Source: Sporichthyaceae bacterium
Lineage (GTDB): Bacteria > Actinomycetota > Actinomycetes > JAKEEW01
Length of the DNA stretch: 24,000 nt
Direction of reading: 5' to 3'
Assembly: GCA_022616375.1 (NCBI GenBank)
Contig: JAKEEW010000038.1
Span: 1,284 to 25,283 of the forward strand
Positions within the stretch are counted from its first letter, which is position 1. Each line of letters starts with the position of its first letter. Position numbers and translations under genes: made by a program. Below, one piece after another: positions 1 through 7,628 of the stretch. The notes under the pieces are model-generated. The model saw only the letters and a program-made list of their open reading frames with translations. It had not been told where the DNA came from and made no database searches.

Positions 1-257
1 CGGCCCTGGCCTTCTGACGCGCCCCGCACCAGGCCGGCGATGTCCACGAAGCTCACCGTGGCGGGCATGATCCGGGCCGAGTCGAAGATCTCGGCGAGCT
101 TCGGCAACCGGGCGTCCGGAACGCCGACCACGCCGATGTTCGGCTCGATCGTCGCGAACGGGTAGTTGGCCGCGAGGACCTGGTTCTTGGTCAACGCGTT
201 GAACAGGGTCGACTTCCCGACGTTGGGCAGGCCGACGATGCCGATCTGAAGAGCCAC
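1..257 (-). CDS. ychF: Ribosome-binding ATPase YchF, N-terminal 85 codons (gene continues beyond the window start)
   Basis: Reverse-complement translation from GTG at 257 reads [44 protein letters not shown]...[16 protein letters not shown]. This has the G1 P-loop GxPNVGKST and the DxAGLV G3 motif typical of YchF/Obg-family GTPases. High GC3 in this frame. Confidence 0.9.
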   Translation of the reverse strand, partial: MALQIGIVGLPNVGKSTLFNALTKNQVLAANYPFATIEPNIGVVGVPDARLPKLAEIFDSARIMPATVSFVDIAGLVRGASEGQG

Positions 258-265
258 GGGGGTCC

Positions 266-271
266 AGTCTA
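266..271 (-). promoter_or_regulatory. Candidate -10 hexamer TAGACT, 8 nt upstream of the ychF GTG (leaderless or near-leaderless mRNA)
   Basis: Minus strand reads ggcaccTAGACTggacccccGTG. This matches the actinobacterial TANNNT -10 consensus. No Shine-Dalgarno sequence lies between it and the start codon. Confidence 0.35.
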
Positions 272-334
272 GGTGCCGGGCGGTCGCCATCCGGGCTGGC
301 CCGGGCCGGTGAACCCGATAGCGTGCCCGCTGGC

Positions 335-368
335 CGGCAATACCGGATGAGCCGGTAAATACCGGATG
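335..368. promoter_or_regulatory. Two tandem operator-like sites, CCGGCAATACCGGATG and CCGGTAAATACCGGATG, in the ychF / ABC divergent intergenic region
   Basis: The 11-nt direct repeat AATACCGGATG occurs at 339-349 and 358-368. The second copy contains the perfect palindrome CCGGTA-AA-TACCGG (352-365); the first contains the imperfect CCGGCA-A-TACCGG (335-347). This is an AT-enriched patch in GC-rich DNA, downstream of a TAGCGT hexamer (319-324). Confidence 0.3.
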
Positions 369-385
369 GGTTGGACGGAGGCTCG

Positions 386-1195
386 GTGGACACCGCGGAC
401 GCTCCCCCGGTCGACGCGCGATCTGTCGGTGCCGATCTCGCGGTCCGGGAGCTCGGTCTGTGGAAGCGGTTCGGGACCCAGATCGCGGTGGCCGGGATCA
501 ACCTCGACATCCCGGCGGGCAGCTTCTGCGGGCTGGTCGGGCCGAACGGTGCCGGCAAGACCACCGCGCTGTCGATGATCACCGGGCTGCTCCGGCCGGA
601 CGCCGGTGAGATCGAGGTGGTCGGGCACCGCACCTGGCCGGATCCGGCCGCGGTGAAGGCCGAGGTAGGGATGCTGCCGGAGGGGTTGCGGTTATTCGAG
701 CGGCTGTCCGGTCGGGAGCTGCTGGTCTACGCCGGGCGGCTGCGCCGGCTGCCGGCCGCCGAGGTGGACACCCGGGCCGACCAGCTCCTTGACGTGTTCG
801 ACCTCGGCGCGGCCAGGGACAAGCTGGTGGTGGACTACTCCACCGGGATGCGTAAGAAGATCGGCCTGGCGGCGGCCCTGCTGCACAACCCGCGGGCGCT
901 GTTCCTGGACGAACCGTTCGAGGGCGTCGACCCGATCTCGGCGAGCGTGATCAGGGATGTGCTGACCCGCTACACCCGGTCCGGCTCCAGCGTGGTGTTC
1001 TCCAGCCACGTCATGGAGCTGGTCGAGCGGCTGTGCGACTGGGTCGCGGTCATGCACCACGGGCAGATCCTCGCCCAGGGGCCACTGCAGACCGTCCGCG
1101 CCGGGCGCTCGCTCGAGGCCGCGTTCCTGCACATCGTCGGCGCCTCCGACCGTGGAGGTGACGGGCTGGAATGGTTGGGGTCTTCGTCCGGCTGA
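386..1195 (+). CDS. ABC transporter ATP-binding protein
   Basis: Walker [10 protein letters not shown], signature-like [12 protein letters not shown], Walker [13 protein letters not shown]-loop SSHVME. The start is placed at GTG 386 because GGAGG (377-381) lies 4 nt upstream; the ORF track begins at TTG 371. Confidence 0.88.
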   Translation: MDTADAPPVDARSVGADLAVRELGLWKRFGTQIAVAGINLDIPAGSFCGLVGPNGAGKTTALSMITGLLRPDAGEIEVVGHRTWPDPAAVKAEVGMLPEGLRLFERLSGRELLVYAGRLRRLPAAEVDTRADQLLDVFDLGAARDKLVVDYSTGMRKKIGLAAALLHNPRALFLDEPFEGVDPISASVIRDVLTRYTRSGSSVVFSSHVMELVERLCDWVAVMHHGQILAQGPLQTVRAGRSLEAAFLHIVGASDRGGDGLEWLGSSSG

Positions 1196-2757
1196 AGCTG
1201 CGGCTACTGACCAACGGACTGCAGGACACCGGCCGGCTGGTCGGCTTCGCGCTCGGGATCACGGCCATCCTGGTCTCCGCTCCCCTGGCCGGATACGGCT
1301 GGTTCGTGCTCGGCGACCACCCGGAGCTGGCCGGAGACGTGGGCGTGCTGGTGTTCGTCGTGCTCGCGCTGGCCTGGGTGATGCTGCCGCTCGGGCTGTT
1401 CGGGGTGGACGACACGCTGGACCTGGCCCGGTTCGCGGCGTTCCCGCTCCGGCCGCGGGCGCTGGTCACCGGGCTGTTCGTGGCCGCGTTCGCCGGACTT
1501 GCCCCGCTCGCGACCGCGGTGCTGCTGGTCGGAAGCGTGGTCGGACTGTCCAGCGGCGGTCTCTCGGTGGCGGTCGCGGTGCTCGCGGTCGGCATCGAGC
1601 TGGCGCTGTGCGTGGCCCTGTCCCGCGCAGTAGCGGCCGCGCTGTCCGGGGTGCTGCGCAGCCGGCGCGGGCGCGACCTCGCGATCCTGGTCGGGGTGCT
1701 GATCGGCGGCAGCGGTCAGGTGCTGGCGCTCGGAGTCGCCTACCTGTCCAGCTCCACCGAGCTGTTGCGCTCGGCCGCCGCGGTGCTGCGCTGGACCCCG
1801 CCCGGCCTGGCCGCGAGCGCGGTCACCGAGTCCGTGGCCGGCCACTACTTGGTGGCGGCGGCGAGCCTGCTCGGCGCGGGCCTGTGCGTGCCGATGCTGT
1901 TGTGGTGGTGGGCTCGCACGCTGACCACCGCCATGCTCAGCACGGACGCCTCGACCGGTGGCCGGGTGGCCAGGGCCGGCAGCGGGCTGGCCGGCCGGCT
2001 GCACGCCGCCGGCCGAGCGGGTGCGGTCGCGGCGCGGGAGCTGCGCTACAACTGGCGGGAGCCGCGCCGCCGGTCGTCCTGGATGGCGGCGGTGCTGTTC
2101 GGCGGAGTCGGACCGTTCATCGCGCTGCGCCAGGACCAGGCTGCCGGCAGCGGCCCGGTCTACATCTGCTGCCTGACCGCGGCGATCATCGGTCTGCAGG
2201 CGGTCAACCAGCTCGGCGTGGACGGTGCGGCCACCTGGATGCATGTGGCCACCAGTCGCGACAAGGCAGACATCCGCGCCGATTTCGCCGGCCGTAACCT
2301 GGCGCTGGCCGTGATCGGGGTGCCGATCCTGCTGCTGCTCAGCGTCTCCCTGGCCGCCTGGGCCGGCAGCGCCGGCGCCGCAGTGGAACCGCTCGTCGTG
2401 GCCTGCGCGATCCTTGCCATCTCGCTCGGCGTCGGCAACGTGGCCAGCGTGATCGCACCGTTCCCGCTCCCTGAGGGCTCGACGAACGTGTTCAGCGGCG
2501 CCAGCGCGGGCCAGGGCTGCCTGGCCGGGCTGGTCGTAATCGGCAGCCTGACCGCGACCGCGGTCCTCGCGGTGCCGCTGCTGATCGGGCCGTTGCTGGT
2601 GCACAGCGGCCACCCGATGATGGGAGCCGCGGCGCTGGTCGCGGGGCTTGGCTACGCGGTCGGTATCGCCTGGCTCGGCCGGCTGCTGGCCGCGGCCGCG
2701 ATCTACCACCGGCAGCCGGAGCTACTGCAGGTCCTGATCCGGCGCAGCGCGGATTGA
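1171..2757 (+). CDS. Multi-pass membrane protein, putative permease partner of the upstream ABC ATPase
   Basis: 528-aa ORF, very hydrophobic with many helix-length A/L/V/G-rich runs. It overlaps the ATPase gene end by 25 nt (operon-like). High GC3. No specific family motif recognised by eye. Confidence 0.75.
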   Translation: MVGVFVRLKLRLLTNGLQDTGRLVGFALGITAILVSAPLAGYGWFVLGDHPELAGDVGVLVFVVLALAWVMLPLGLFGVDDTLDLARFAAFPLRPRALVTGLFVAAFAGLAPLATAVLLVGSVVGLSSGGLSVAVAVLAVGIELALCVALSRAVAAALSGVLRSRRGRDLAILVGVLIGGSGQVLALGVAYLSSSTELLRSAAAVLRWTPPGLAASAVTESVAGHYLVAAASLLGAGLCVPMLLWWWARTLTTAMLSTDASTGGRVARAGSGLAGRLHAAGRAGAVAARELRYNWREPRRRSSWMAAVLFGGVGPFIALRQDQAAGSGPVYICCLTAAIIGLQAVNQLGVDGAATWMHVATSRDKADIRADFAGRNLALAVIGVPILLLLSVSLAAWAGSAGAAVEPLVVACAILAISLGVGNVASVIAPFPLPEGSTNVFSGASAGQGCLAGLVVIGSLTATAVLAVPLLIGPLLVHSGHPMMGAAALVAGLGYAVGIAWLGRLLAAAAIYHRQPELLQVLIRRSAD

Positions 2758-2822
2758 TCCGTGTTCGCCCGCTCCGCGTGTCGCGGCGGGAACTGTCGGG
2801 CCGCGATGTCACGCTGCTGAGC

Positions 2823-4142
2823 ATGGACATCAGCGCCTGGTTCATGCTGCTGGTCGGGTTGGGCCTGGGTGGAGTCGTGGGCGCGCAGTGGGCCAGAGGC
2901 CGGTTCGGCGCGGACGCGGCCCGGCTCGGCGCCGACGCCGCCCGGCTGGCCAGCGAGCTCGAGCACGCCCGGTCCAGCGCCGCCGAGAAGATCGAACTGC
3001 TCGCCGCGACCCAGACCCGGATGGCCGAGCAGTTCAAGGCCCTGTCCGCGGATGCGTTGGCCCAGTCCAGCCAGCAGTTCCTGCAGCTGGCCGAGACTCG
3101 GATGCAGCAGGCGCAGACCAAGGCCGCGGCCGATCTGGATGCCCGTAAGCAGGCCGTCGAGCACCTGGTCAAGCCGCTCACCGAGGTTCTCGGCAAGGTC
3201 GAGACGCAGCTGGTCACGGTGGAGAAGGACCGCACCTCGGCCTATGCGGCGCTGCGCACCCAGGTGGAGCAGATGCAGGCCACGTCCGAGCAGCTGCGCA
3301 CCGAGACCGCGTCGCTGGTGACCGCGTTGCGTGCCCCGCAAGTCCGGGGCAAGTGGGGTGAGCTGCAGCTGCGCCGGGTCGTGGAAGGCGCCGGGATGGT
3401 CGAGCACTGTGACTTCACCGAGCAGCAGACCTCGACCGGGGACGACGGAGCGCTCCGTCCCGACCTGGTCGTCAGACTGGCCGATGGCAAGCAGATCGTG
3501 GTCGACGCGAAGGTGCCGTTCGCCGGATTCATCGAGGCGATGGACGCCAAGGACGACGCGACCCGGGCGGCTCGGCTCCGGGCGCACGCACGGCATCTGC
3601 GCGACCACATCGACCAGCTCGCCGCCAAGGCGTACTGGGAGCGGTTCACCCCGACGCCTGAGTTCGTGGTGCTGTTCGTGCCGGCGGATGCGTTCCTGCA
3701 GGCCGCGCTGGAGCAGGACCCGACCCTGTTCGACCACGCGTTCGAGCGCAACGTGGTGCTGGCCACGCCGAGCAACCTGATCGCGATCATGCGCACGATC
3801 GGTTACACCTGGCGGCAGGAGGCGCTGGCCGCGAATGCGCAGAAGGTCTTCGACCTCGGCCGGGAGCTGCATGGCCGGCTCGCCGTGATGGGGCGGCACC
3901 TCAACAAGCTCGGTGGTCAGCTGGAGAGCGCGGTCAAGTCGTACAACGACACGGTCGCCTCGGTCGAATCCCGGGTGCTGGTCACCGCGCGGCGGTTCAC
4001 CGAGCTCAAGGTCACCACCGAAGAGCTGGCCGCACCGGCCCAGCTGTCGACAGTGCCGCGGCAGGTGCAGGCGCCGGAGCTGGTGGCGTCGGCGACCGAC
4101 TCGTTGCTGGAGCTGGAGCTGCCGGAGGCGGCGGGAAGTTAG
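2823..4142 (+). CDS. rmuC: DNA recombination protein RmuC
   Basis: N-terminal TM helix ([20 protein letters not shown]), a long coiled-coil-like Q/A/E-rich region, then a C-terminal nuclease-like core ([22 protein letters not shown]...[11 protein letters not shown]...[11 protein letters not shown]) typical of RmuC. The start at ATG 2823 gives the TM helix at the N-terminus; the track start TTG 2754 is less likely. Confidence 0.85.
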   Translation: MDISAWFMLLVGLGLGGVVGAQWARGRFGADAARLGADAARLASELEHARSSAAEKIELLAATQTRMAEQFKALSADALAQSSQQFLQLAETRMQQAQTKAAADLDARKQAVEHLVKPLTEVLGKVETQLVTVEKDRTSAYAALRTQVEQMQATSEQLRTETASLVTALRAPQVRGKWGELQLRRVVEGAGMVEHCDFTEQQTSTGDDGALRPDLVVRLADGKQIVVDAKVPFAGFIEAMDAKDDATRAARLRAHARHLRDHIDQLAAKAYWERFTPTPEFVVLFVPADAFLQAALEQDPTLFDHAFERNVVLATPSNLIAIMRTIGYTWRQEALAANAQKVFDLGRELHGRLAVMGRHLNKLGGQLESAVKSYNDTVASVESRVLVTARRFTELKVTTEELAAPAQLSTVPRQVQAPELVASATDSLLELELPEAAGS

Positions 4143-5137
4143 CTGGTCGCGGTCGGGGCCGGGGTAGCGGCGGTCGCCGCGGTCGCGACCTTGAGGTCGC
4201 GGCGCAGCTCGTGCGGCAGCGCGAACAGCAGGCTTTCGTGCGCGGCCCGGACCTCGCTGACGTCGGCATACCCCTGCTCGGCCAGCCAGTCCAGTACCCC
4301 GTGGACGAGAATCTCCGGCACCGAGGCACCGCTGGTCACGCCGACCGTGTCGACCCCGTCCAGCCACTGCTTGTCGATCTCGTCCGCGGTATCGACCAGG
4401 TAGGCGGAGCGCGCGCCGCTCTTCAGCGCTACCTCGACCAGGCGGACCGAGTTGGACGAGTTGGTGGACCCGACCACGATGACCAGATCCGACTGCTGTG
4501 CCATCAGCTTGACCGCGTCCTGCCGGTTCTGGGTGGCGTAGCAGATGTCGTCGCTTGGCGGGTCGAGCAGCTGCGGGAACCGTTCCCGCAGCCCGGCTAC
4601 GGTGGCGTTGGTCTCGTCGACGGACAGCGTGGTCTGGGACAGCCAGGCGACCTTGTTCTCGTCTCGGACCGTAATGCTCGCGACGTCGTCCGGGCCGTCG
4701 ACGAGGTGGATGTGCTCGGGTGCCTCGCCGGTCGTCCCGATCACCTCCTCATGGCCCTCGTGGCCGATGAGCAGGATGTCGTAGTCGTCGGCCGCGAACC
4801 GCCTGGCCTCGTTGTGCACCTTGGTCACCAGCGGGCAGGTCGCGTCGATCGCGCGCAGGTTCCGCTCGCGGGCCTCGTCGTGCACCACCGGGGCGACCCC
4901 GTGTGCCGAGAAGATCACCAGCGCGCCCTCGGGAACCTCCTCGGTTTCCTCGACGAAGATCGCGCCGCGCCGCTCCAAGGTCTGCACCACGTGCTTGTTG
5001 TGCACGATCTGCTTGCGGACGTAGACCGGGGCGCCGTACAGCTCGAGCGCCTTCTCGACCGTCTCGACCGCCCGGTCGACTCCGGCGCAGTAACCCCGGG
5101 GTGCGGCAAGCAGGACACGGCGGGTCGGTTCGGTCAT
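4139..5137 (-). CDS. ispH: 4-hydroxy-3-methylbut-2-enyl diphosphate reductase (IspH/LytB)
   Basis: [45 protein letters not shown]..., the canonical IspH N-terminus, with family-like sequence throughout. The start is chosen at ATG 5137 ([10 protein letters not shown]); the track ORF extends to 5242 with a non-conserved extension. TACGAT lies 7 nt upstream of 5137. Confidence 0.9.
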   Translation of the reverse strand: MTEPTRRVLLAAPRGYCAGVDRAVETVEKALELYGAPVYVRKQIVHNKHVVQTLERRGAIFVEETEEVPEGALVIFSAHGVAPVVHDEARERNLRAIDATCPLVTKVHNEARRFAADDYDILLIGHEGHEEVIGTTGEAPEHIHLVDGPDDVASITVRDENKVAWLSQTTLSVDETNATVAGLRERFPQLLDPPSDDICYATQNRQDAVKLMAQQSDLVIVVGSTNSSNSVRLVEVALKSGARSAYLVDTADEIDKQWLDGVDTVGVTSGASVPEILVHGVLDWLAEQGYADVSEVRAAHESLLFALPHELRRDLKVATAATAATPAPTATS

Positions 5138-5198
5138 GCGGTCCATCGTACGTGGCGTCCGGCTTACCGATCTTTGTGCACCGGTAGCGTGGCCGTCG
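5138..5198. promoter_or_regulatory. 61-bp divergent promoter region for ispH (-) and xseA (+), each with a TANNNT hexamer close to its start codon
   Basis: Minus strand: cacgTACGATggaccgcATG (hexamer at plus 5145-5150, 7-nt spacer). Plus strand: ccggTAGCGTggccgtcgATG (hexamer 5185-5190, 8-nt spacer). Neither side has an SD sequence. Confidence 0.4.
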
Positions 5199-6419
5199 AT
5201 GGCGCTGGAGACCTCGGCCGACAAGCCGGTACCGGTACGCACGGTAGCCCGGCTGATCGGCCAGTGGATCTCCCGGCTCGGCCGGATCTGGGTCGAGGGT
5301 CAGATCACCCAGATCAGCCGCCGGCCCGGGCAGCCGACCGTGTTCCTCACCTTGCGCGATCCGGACGCCGACGTCTCGCTGCAAGTGACCTGCCGGCAGT
5401 CGCTGCTGGACGCGGTCGTCCCGCCGATCGGCGAGGGCCAGCGGGTCGTGATCTACGCCCGGCCTGAGTTCTTCGTTCCGCGGGGCCAGCTGTCGTTGGT
5501 CGCCGAGCAGATCCGCCCGGTCGGCCTGGGCGAGCTGCTGGCCCGGATCGAGCAGCTGCGCCGGGTGCTGCACGCCGAGGGCGTGTTCGATCCGGCCCGC
5601 AAGCAGCGGCTGCCGTTCCTGCCAGCCACGATCGGGCTGATCTGCGGCCGCGGGTCGGCGGCCGAGCGCGACGTGCTGGACAACGCGCGCCGGCGCTGGC
5701 CGGCGGTGCGGTTCCGGGTCGAAGCCGTCCCGGTCCAGGGCCCGTACGCGGTCACCGAGATCCGCAAAGCACTGACCACACTGGACCGCGACCCGGACGT
5801 CGAGGTGATCGTGATTGCCCGCGGCGGTGGCTCGGTCGAGGACCTGCTGCCGTTCTCCGACGAGGCACTGATCCGCGCCGTCGCGGCCTGCCGCACCCCG
5901 GTCGTCTCGGCGATCGGGCACGAGCAGGACAGCCCGCTGCTCGACTTCGTCGCCGATGTCCGGGCGTCCACCCCGACCGACGCGGCCAAGCGGATCGTCC
6001 CCGACGTTGGTGAGGAAGCGCGCCGGGTGAGCGAGCTGCGGGCTCGGCTACGCCGAAGCCTGACCGGCCGGCTCGACCGGGAGCAGGCGTCGCTGGACGC
6101 GGTGCGGCAACGGCCGGTGCTGGCCCGGCCGCGGCAGCTGGTCGACCGGCTCGGCATCGAGGTCACCGAGCTGCTCCGGACCGCCCGGCGCTCCCTGTCC
6201 CATCGGTTGGATCGGGCCATCGACGAGCTGCGCCACAATCTGGCCCGGGTCCAGGCGCTGTCGCCGCAGGCCACGCTCGGCCGCGGCTACGCGGTCGTGC
6301 AGCTCACCGACGGCGCGGTGGTCCGCGACCCGGCCCAGGCGCCGGCCGGAACCGAGCTGGTCGTCCGGGTCGCCGAGGGCAAGCTCGCAGCCGAGTCGCG
6401 CGGCTCTAGTGTCGTGTGA
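5199..6419 (+). CDS. xseA: Exodeoxyribonuclease VII large subunit
   Basis: 406 aa. N-terminal OB-fold-like [35 protein letters not shown], catalytic core ...[16 protein letters not shown]...[20 protein letters not shown]...[30 protein letters not shown], and a C-terminal coiled-coil. Followed by xseB. The last 4 codons and the stop lie inside the left arm of the hairpin element. Confidence 0.92.
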   Translation: MALETSADKPVPVRTVARLIGQWISRLGRIWVEGQITQISRRPGQPTVFLTLRDPDADVSLQVTCRQSLLDAVVPPIGEGQRVVIYARPEFFVPRGQLSLVAEQIRPVGLGELLARIEQLRRVLHAEGVFDPARKQRLPFLPATIGLICGRGSAAERDVLDNARRRWPAVRFRVEAVPVQGPYAVTEIRKALTTLDRDPDVEVIVIARGGGSVEDLLPFSDEALIRAVAACRTPVVSAIGHEQDSPLLDFVADVRASTPTDAAKRIVPDVGEEARRVSELRARLRRSLTGRLDREQASLDAVRQRPVLARPRQLVDRLGIEVTELLRTARRSLSHRLDRAIDELRHNLARVQALSPQATLGRGYAVVQLTDGAVVRDPAQAPAGTELVVRVAEGKLAAESRGSSVV

Positions 6420-6564
6420 GGGAAGCGCTTTGACCTGGCCGGAGGACAGGTGGATGCATCGCAAGGCGGAGGAGGAGTCGATAGCGGAGCTATCGCCGAC
6501 GACGACAACGCAGCGAGGCGCCGCCTGGACCTGGCCAGGGTTAAGCGCTTCCCTCACGCGACAC
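6409..6564. mobile_element. MITE-like 156-bp hairpin element with 22-bp terminal inverted repeats (1 mismatch), flanked by TA on both sides
   Basis: Left end GTGTCGTGTGAGGGAAGCGCTT (6409-6430). The reverse complement of the right end (6543-6564) is GTGTCGCGTGAGGGAAGCGCTT. Complementarity continues inward (CCTGGCC at 6434-6440 and 6531-6537). Apex hairpin CGATAGC-gga-GCTATCG at 6479-6495 sits at the symmetry centre. Flanking TA at 6407-6408 and 6565-6566. Confidence 0.55.
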
Positions 6565-6570
6565 TAGGGT
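6565..6570 (+). promoter_or_regulatory. Candidate -10 hexamer TAGGGT, 6 nt upstream of the xseB ATG (leaderless xseB transcript)
   Basis: cacTAGGGTgtcggaATG. The hexamer end plus 7 nt falls exactly on the A of ATG 6577. There is no SD. Confidence 0.35.
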
Positions 6571-6576
6571 GTCGGA

Positions 6577-6792
6577 ATGACCGAGCAGACGCCCGGGTTC
6601 GAGCAGGCCCGCGAGGAGCTGACCGAGGTGGTCCGCACGCTGGAGGCCGGCGGTCTTTCGCTGGAGGACTCGCTGGCGCTGTGGGAGCGCGGGGAAAAGC
6701 TGGCCGCGATCTGCCAGCAGTGGCTGGACGGCGCCCGAGCCCGGCTGGCCGCGGCGACCGGGCATGACGGCGAAGGTCCCGCCGGCGACTGA
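6577..6792 (+). CDS. xseB: Exodeoxyribonuclease VII small subunit
   Basis: 71 aa: FEQAREELTEVVRTLEAGGLSLEDSLALWERGEKLAAICQQWLDGARARL, the typical XseB helical hairpin sequence. Located just downstream of xseA. Confidence 0.92.
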   Translation: MTEQTPGFEQAREELTEVVRTLEAGGLSLEDSLALWERGEKLAAICQQWLDGARARLAAATGHDGEGPAGD

Positions 6793-6827
6793 TCCGGTCT
6801 GCCTCGACCCGGGCCGGCTGGCACGCT

Positions 6828-6958
6828 GGTCGGGAGATCTGCGGGAATACCCGTCACCGGTCGGGTATCCCCGTCGTAGGTCGGGTATCCCCTTCGTTGG
6901 TCGAGTATCCCCGTCGTTGGTCGGGTATCCCCGTCGTTGGTCGAGCAACCCCCCGGCC
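6828..6958. repeat. Tandem array of a 20-bp unit (consensus GGTCGGGTATCCCCGTCGTT): 4 good copies plus degenerate flanking copies
   Basis: Copies read directly: 6859-6878 ggtcgggtatccccgtcgta; 6879-6898 ggtcgggtatccccttcgtt; 6899-6918 ggtcgagtatccccgtcgtt; 6919-6938 ggtcgggtatccccgtcgtt. Degenerate copies at 6839-6858 and 6939-6958, with a GGTCGGG seed at 6828. The array is intergenic between convergent xseB and the Rv1100-like gene. The unit length is not a multiple of 3. Confidence 0.85.
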
Positions 6959-6959
6959 G

Positions 6960-7478
6960 CTACTCCAGTGAAAGGGCCAACTCGGCCAGCGTCTGGTAGG
7001 ACGCGATCCCGGCGACCACGGTAGTCACCCCGTCCTCGGTGACCGCCAGCGATCGGAGGTCCTTGTCCGCCTGGTAGCGCATCGTCCAGGTCTGGCCGTC
7101 CACCGGCATGGTCCCCTCTGGTCGGCCACCGTGGGTCTGCTGCCTGATCCAGACCTCGGCCGGCCCATCGCTCTGCTCGATGCCGACGTACTCCTCCGCC
7201 GGGCTGAGGTAGCCCAGGTGCCACATGGTGTGGCCGTCTTGCTCGACGTAGCGCACGCTGGTCGGCTTCCAGCCAACCGCCAGCCCCTGCGGGGCGAGCA
7301 CGTGGTACGGCGCCAGCGCCCGGGCCGAGGCCAGGTCGCCGGTGTAGTCGATCTCCTTGATCGCGTCATAGTGGCGGCGCGGCGCCAGCAGGACCACGGC
7401 AACCACGATCAGGACGACGAAGCCGACCGCTCGAAGGATATCGGTGGGCGAGCTGATCCGGACCTGCTGAGATGCCAC
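6960..7478 (-). CDS. Membrane-anchored conserved actinobacterial protein (Rv1100-like, DUF4245-type)
   Basis: 172 aa, GTG start. It has a single N-terminal TM helix (AVGFVVLIVVAVVLLAP) followed by a soluble domain. It sits divergent to glpX as in mycobacteria. The family name is from memory and is not verified. Confidence 0.75.
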   Translation of the reverse strand: MASQQVRISSPTDILRAVGFVVLIVVAVVLLAPRRHYDAIKEIDYTGDLASARALAPYHVLAPQGLAVGWKPTSVRYVEQDGHTMWHLGYLSPAEEYVGIEQSDGPAEVWIRQQTHGGRPEGTMPVDGQTWTMRYQADKDLRSLAVTEDGVTTVVAGIASYQTLAELALSLE

Positions 7479-7524
7479 GAGGACATCTTCGGGTATGGGT
7501 CGGCCGTGCGGCCAATCGAGTGAC

Positions 7525-7551
7525 TAGGGTCTTCCGGCCGCCTGCGGCCGG
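7525..7551 (+). promoter_or_regulatory. Candidate -10 TAGGGT (7525-7530) followed by a GC hairpin CCGGCCGC-ct-GCGGCCGG (7534-7551) in the glpX upstream region
   Basis: Read directly: gtgacTAGGGTcttCCGGCCGCctGCGGCCGGactc. The hairpin would lie at the extreme 5' end of a transcript started by this hexamer. An alternative hexamer CACTAT is at 7580-7585. Confidence 0.25.
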
Positions 7552-7628
7552 ACTCGGGGCTGGTCAGGTTTGGTCCGGTCACTATCCTGCGAGGCAAGCC
7601 ATCGGGCCGCACGAAGGGCATACCGGTC

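Noticed and set aside
2484-2493. GAACGTGTTC, resembling half of an actinobacterial LexA SOS box upstream of rmuC.
   Set aside because: The spacing is wrong (GAAC-N2-GTTC rather than GAAC-N4-GTTC). It lies well inside the permease coding region, 330 nt from the rmuC start.
2907-2948. 21-bp tandem duplication in rmuC encoding GADAARL twice.
   Set aside because: It is real in the sequence (3 synonymous differences between the copies). However, it is in-frame within a low-complexity linker after the TM helix and is most simply a small slippage duplication without functional implication.
2703-4367. 554-aa minus-strand ORF opposite rmuC. Similar long antisense or alternate-frame ORFs occur at 1204-2709(-), 4211-5467(+), 4749-5921(-), 11989-13449(-), 15624-17048(-), 19019-21229(+) and 22569-23831(-).
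   Set aside because: They are R/G/P/A-rich low-complexity translations with no recognisable motifs. Each fully overlaps a gene with clear family signatures and proper GC3 bias. Such stop-free antisense frames are expected in ~70% GC DNA.
5136-5242. Longer track starts for xseA (5136) and ispH (5242), which would make the two divergent genes overlap by about 100 nt.
   Set aside because: The extensions are non-conserved in character. The conserved N-termini begin at 5199 and 5137. Each shorter start has a -10-like hexamer at leaderless distance.
6406-6567. The hairpin element as an integron attC site: GTTAAGC at 6540-6546 fits the GTTRRRY core.
   Set aside because: The GTTRRRY-like heptamer lies inside the stem rather than at its outer end. 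The matching RYYYAAC is absent on the left arm (GCTTTGAC). No integrase or cassette array is nearby. The TA-flanked TIR architecture fits a MITE better.
6828-6958. The tandem 20-bp repeats as a possible CRISPR array.
   Set aside because: The repeats are directly adjacent with no spacers, the unit is shorter than typical CRISPR repeats, and no cas genes are in the window.
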